Positions 62,301 to 64,000 of a stretch of DNA of 64,000 bases are shown one piece after another (the first letter of the stretch is position 1; every line of letters starts with the position of its first letter). Below the pieces are notes generated by a model. It was not told the DNA's origin. It saw nothing but the letters and a program-made list of their open reading frames with translations, and did no database searches. A program made the translations under genes and the position numbers. The DNA is taken from contig NC_073404.1 in NCBI RefSeq assembly GCF_028641065.1, positions 7,750,001-7,814,000 on the forward strand. The letters are read 5' to 3'. Source of the stretch: Leucoraja erinacea. Taxonomy: Eukaryota.

Positions 62301-64000
62301 CGGCCCATCAAGTCTACTCCACCATTCAATCATGGCAAATCTATCTCTCCCTCCTAACCCTATTTTCCCGCCTTCTCCCCATAACCTCTGACACCCGTAC
62401 TAATCAAGAGACTTCTGCCTTAAATATATCCACTGACTTGGTCTCCACAGCCTTCTGTGGCAAAGAATTCCACCCATTGACTAAAGAAATTCCTCCTCAT
62501 CTTCATAAAAGAACGTCCTTTAATTCTGAGGCAATGAGCTCTAGTCCTAGACTTTCCCACTAGTGGAAACATCCTCTCGACATTCACTCTATCCAAGCCT
62601 TTCACTATTCTGTACATTTCAATGAGGTCTACCCCCTCATTATTCTAAACTCCAGCGAGTACAGGCCCAGTTCCGACAAAGGCGTTTCTCCCATAGACTG
62701 CAGTGCTGACCTAGATGAGTTGCTACAGCGTTACAGTAATTTCACAAATGTTTCCATCGGTTACTTCATTCCAAGTGATTTAATTACCCTAATTTAAATT
62801 CCACAGTTGACGTGCTGGGACTTGAATTATTAGTTTCTGGAACTTGAGCCCACGGAAAGTTCTCATTAAGACCTAACTTCGCATTTTTGTAATGGCACGG
62901 TGGCGCAGCGGTTGGAGCTGCTGCCTCACAGCGCCGGCGAACCGGGGTTCAATCCTGACCTTGTCTGGGTGCTGTCTGTGTGGAGTTTGCACGTTCTCCC
63001 TGTGACTGCGTTGGTTTCCTCCCACATCCCAGGGACGTATAGGTTAATAGGTTATAGCCTCTGTAAATTGCCCCTAGTTAGTGGGGATTGTATGTGAAAA
63101 TGGGATAACATAGAACTAGTGTGTGAATGGGCGATCGATGGTTGGTGTGGTCTCGGTGGGACAAAGTGATTCCATGCTGTGTCTCTAAAACAGACTAAAC
63201 TAATTTGATTCACTTTTATTCTCGCGATTTACATAACTAATACCCATGCATATTATGGATGCAAGGAATTGCAGATGCGGGTTTACAAAAAACGGCACAA
63301 AGTGCTGGAGTAACTCAGTGGGCCAGGTGACAGCTCTGGAGAACATGGATAAGGAACGTTTTGGGTCAGGACCCTTCTTCAGACTATGAAGCTGCATCCA
63401 TGACGTCTGTGTTTTTATGTAGTTTTTGTTATGATGTTGGGGTGTGTGTGTGGGGGGATGGGGGTGGGGTTATACTCAACTGGAGACCCCCTTTTCTCGT
63501 CGGGTTTCCGTTGTCGTTGGGGCCGCAACAATCCAACAGGCAAGCACTCTTCCACTCATGCTTTCTTTGGACGCTGCTCTATGCCCACTGCTGATGTGTA
63601 GCTCCACTGGAGCCCACAGACAGATTTTCGGGGCTCCTGCATTCCCGCCTGCAGGTTGAAGGACCTTTGCCCCGCGCGGCTGAAGAAGGCCGCGGGACTC
63701 TCGACCCGACAACGCTCCAACCCAAGACCCGGTGTGCTCATTGTTCAATCCCTGGACATGCCATGCCAGCCGGGGGGCTTTGACTTTGACTGCTGAATTT
63801 GTTGTGTGTCTGTCTCTGTGGACCTCTCCATATGACAATTACAGTATCTTGACTATCCATTTTACAGTATTAAGGGCTCCACCCTTCCTTGCTCATCTGT
63901 TGTCAGTCCTGCTCTGTCCTACAGTTTCCTCCCCTCTACTTTCAGTCCGAAGAAGGGTTCCGACCTGAAAAGTCAGCCGTCCTTTTTCCTCCAGAAATGG

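Noticed and set aside
57600-64000. Exons of NXN, the human neighbour of MRM3
   Set aside because: No recognisable nucleoredoxin coding sequence; the region is mostly SINE, CR1 and Penelope fragments.
1-64000. CRISPR arrays, Fanzor/TnpB or other prokaryotic systems
   Set aside because: No repeat-spacer array and no RuvC-like ORF seen; the sequence is eukaryotic with spliced genes.

Overview
Repeat-rich vertebrate genomic DNA, most likely from a skate or ray (inferred from HE1/Ras1-type V-SINEs, CR1 LINEs and Penelope-like repeats). It holds two host genes arranged head-to-head: GLOD4 (minus strand, 9 coding exons, 42098 to 21873, 297 aa) and MRM3/RNMTL1 (plus strand, 4 coding exons, 49838-57550, 484 aa, with a Gly-rich repeat expansion in exon 1). 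Their start codons are 7.7 kb apart, and a young full-length Gypsy element (44744-49368; LTRs 198/199 identical, 5-bp TSD, tRNA-Leu PBS) lies between them. The first 20 kb is a nested cluster of PIF/Harbinger transposons with three disabled transposases, several MADF/Myb-like partner-gene remnants and stacked TIRs. It also contains an apparently intact 7-exon MADF-like gene (15543 to 13382, 382 aa) that the ORF track misses, and a duplicated, almost invariant, CpG-rich structured ~270-nt segment that may be a Pol III RNA. Introns carry a Tc1 element, a BEL/Pao fragment, CR1 LINEs, SINEs, MITEs and Penelope repeats with hammerhead-like cores. Exons and terminal repeats were worked out by hand, boundaries of decayed repeats are approximate, and no database searches were run.
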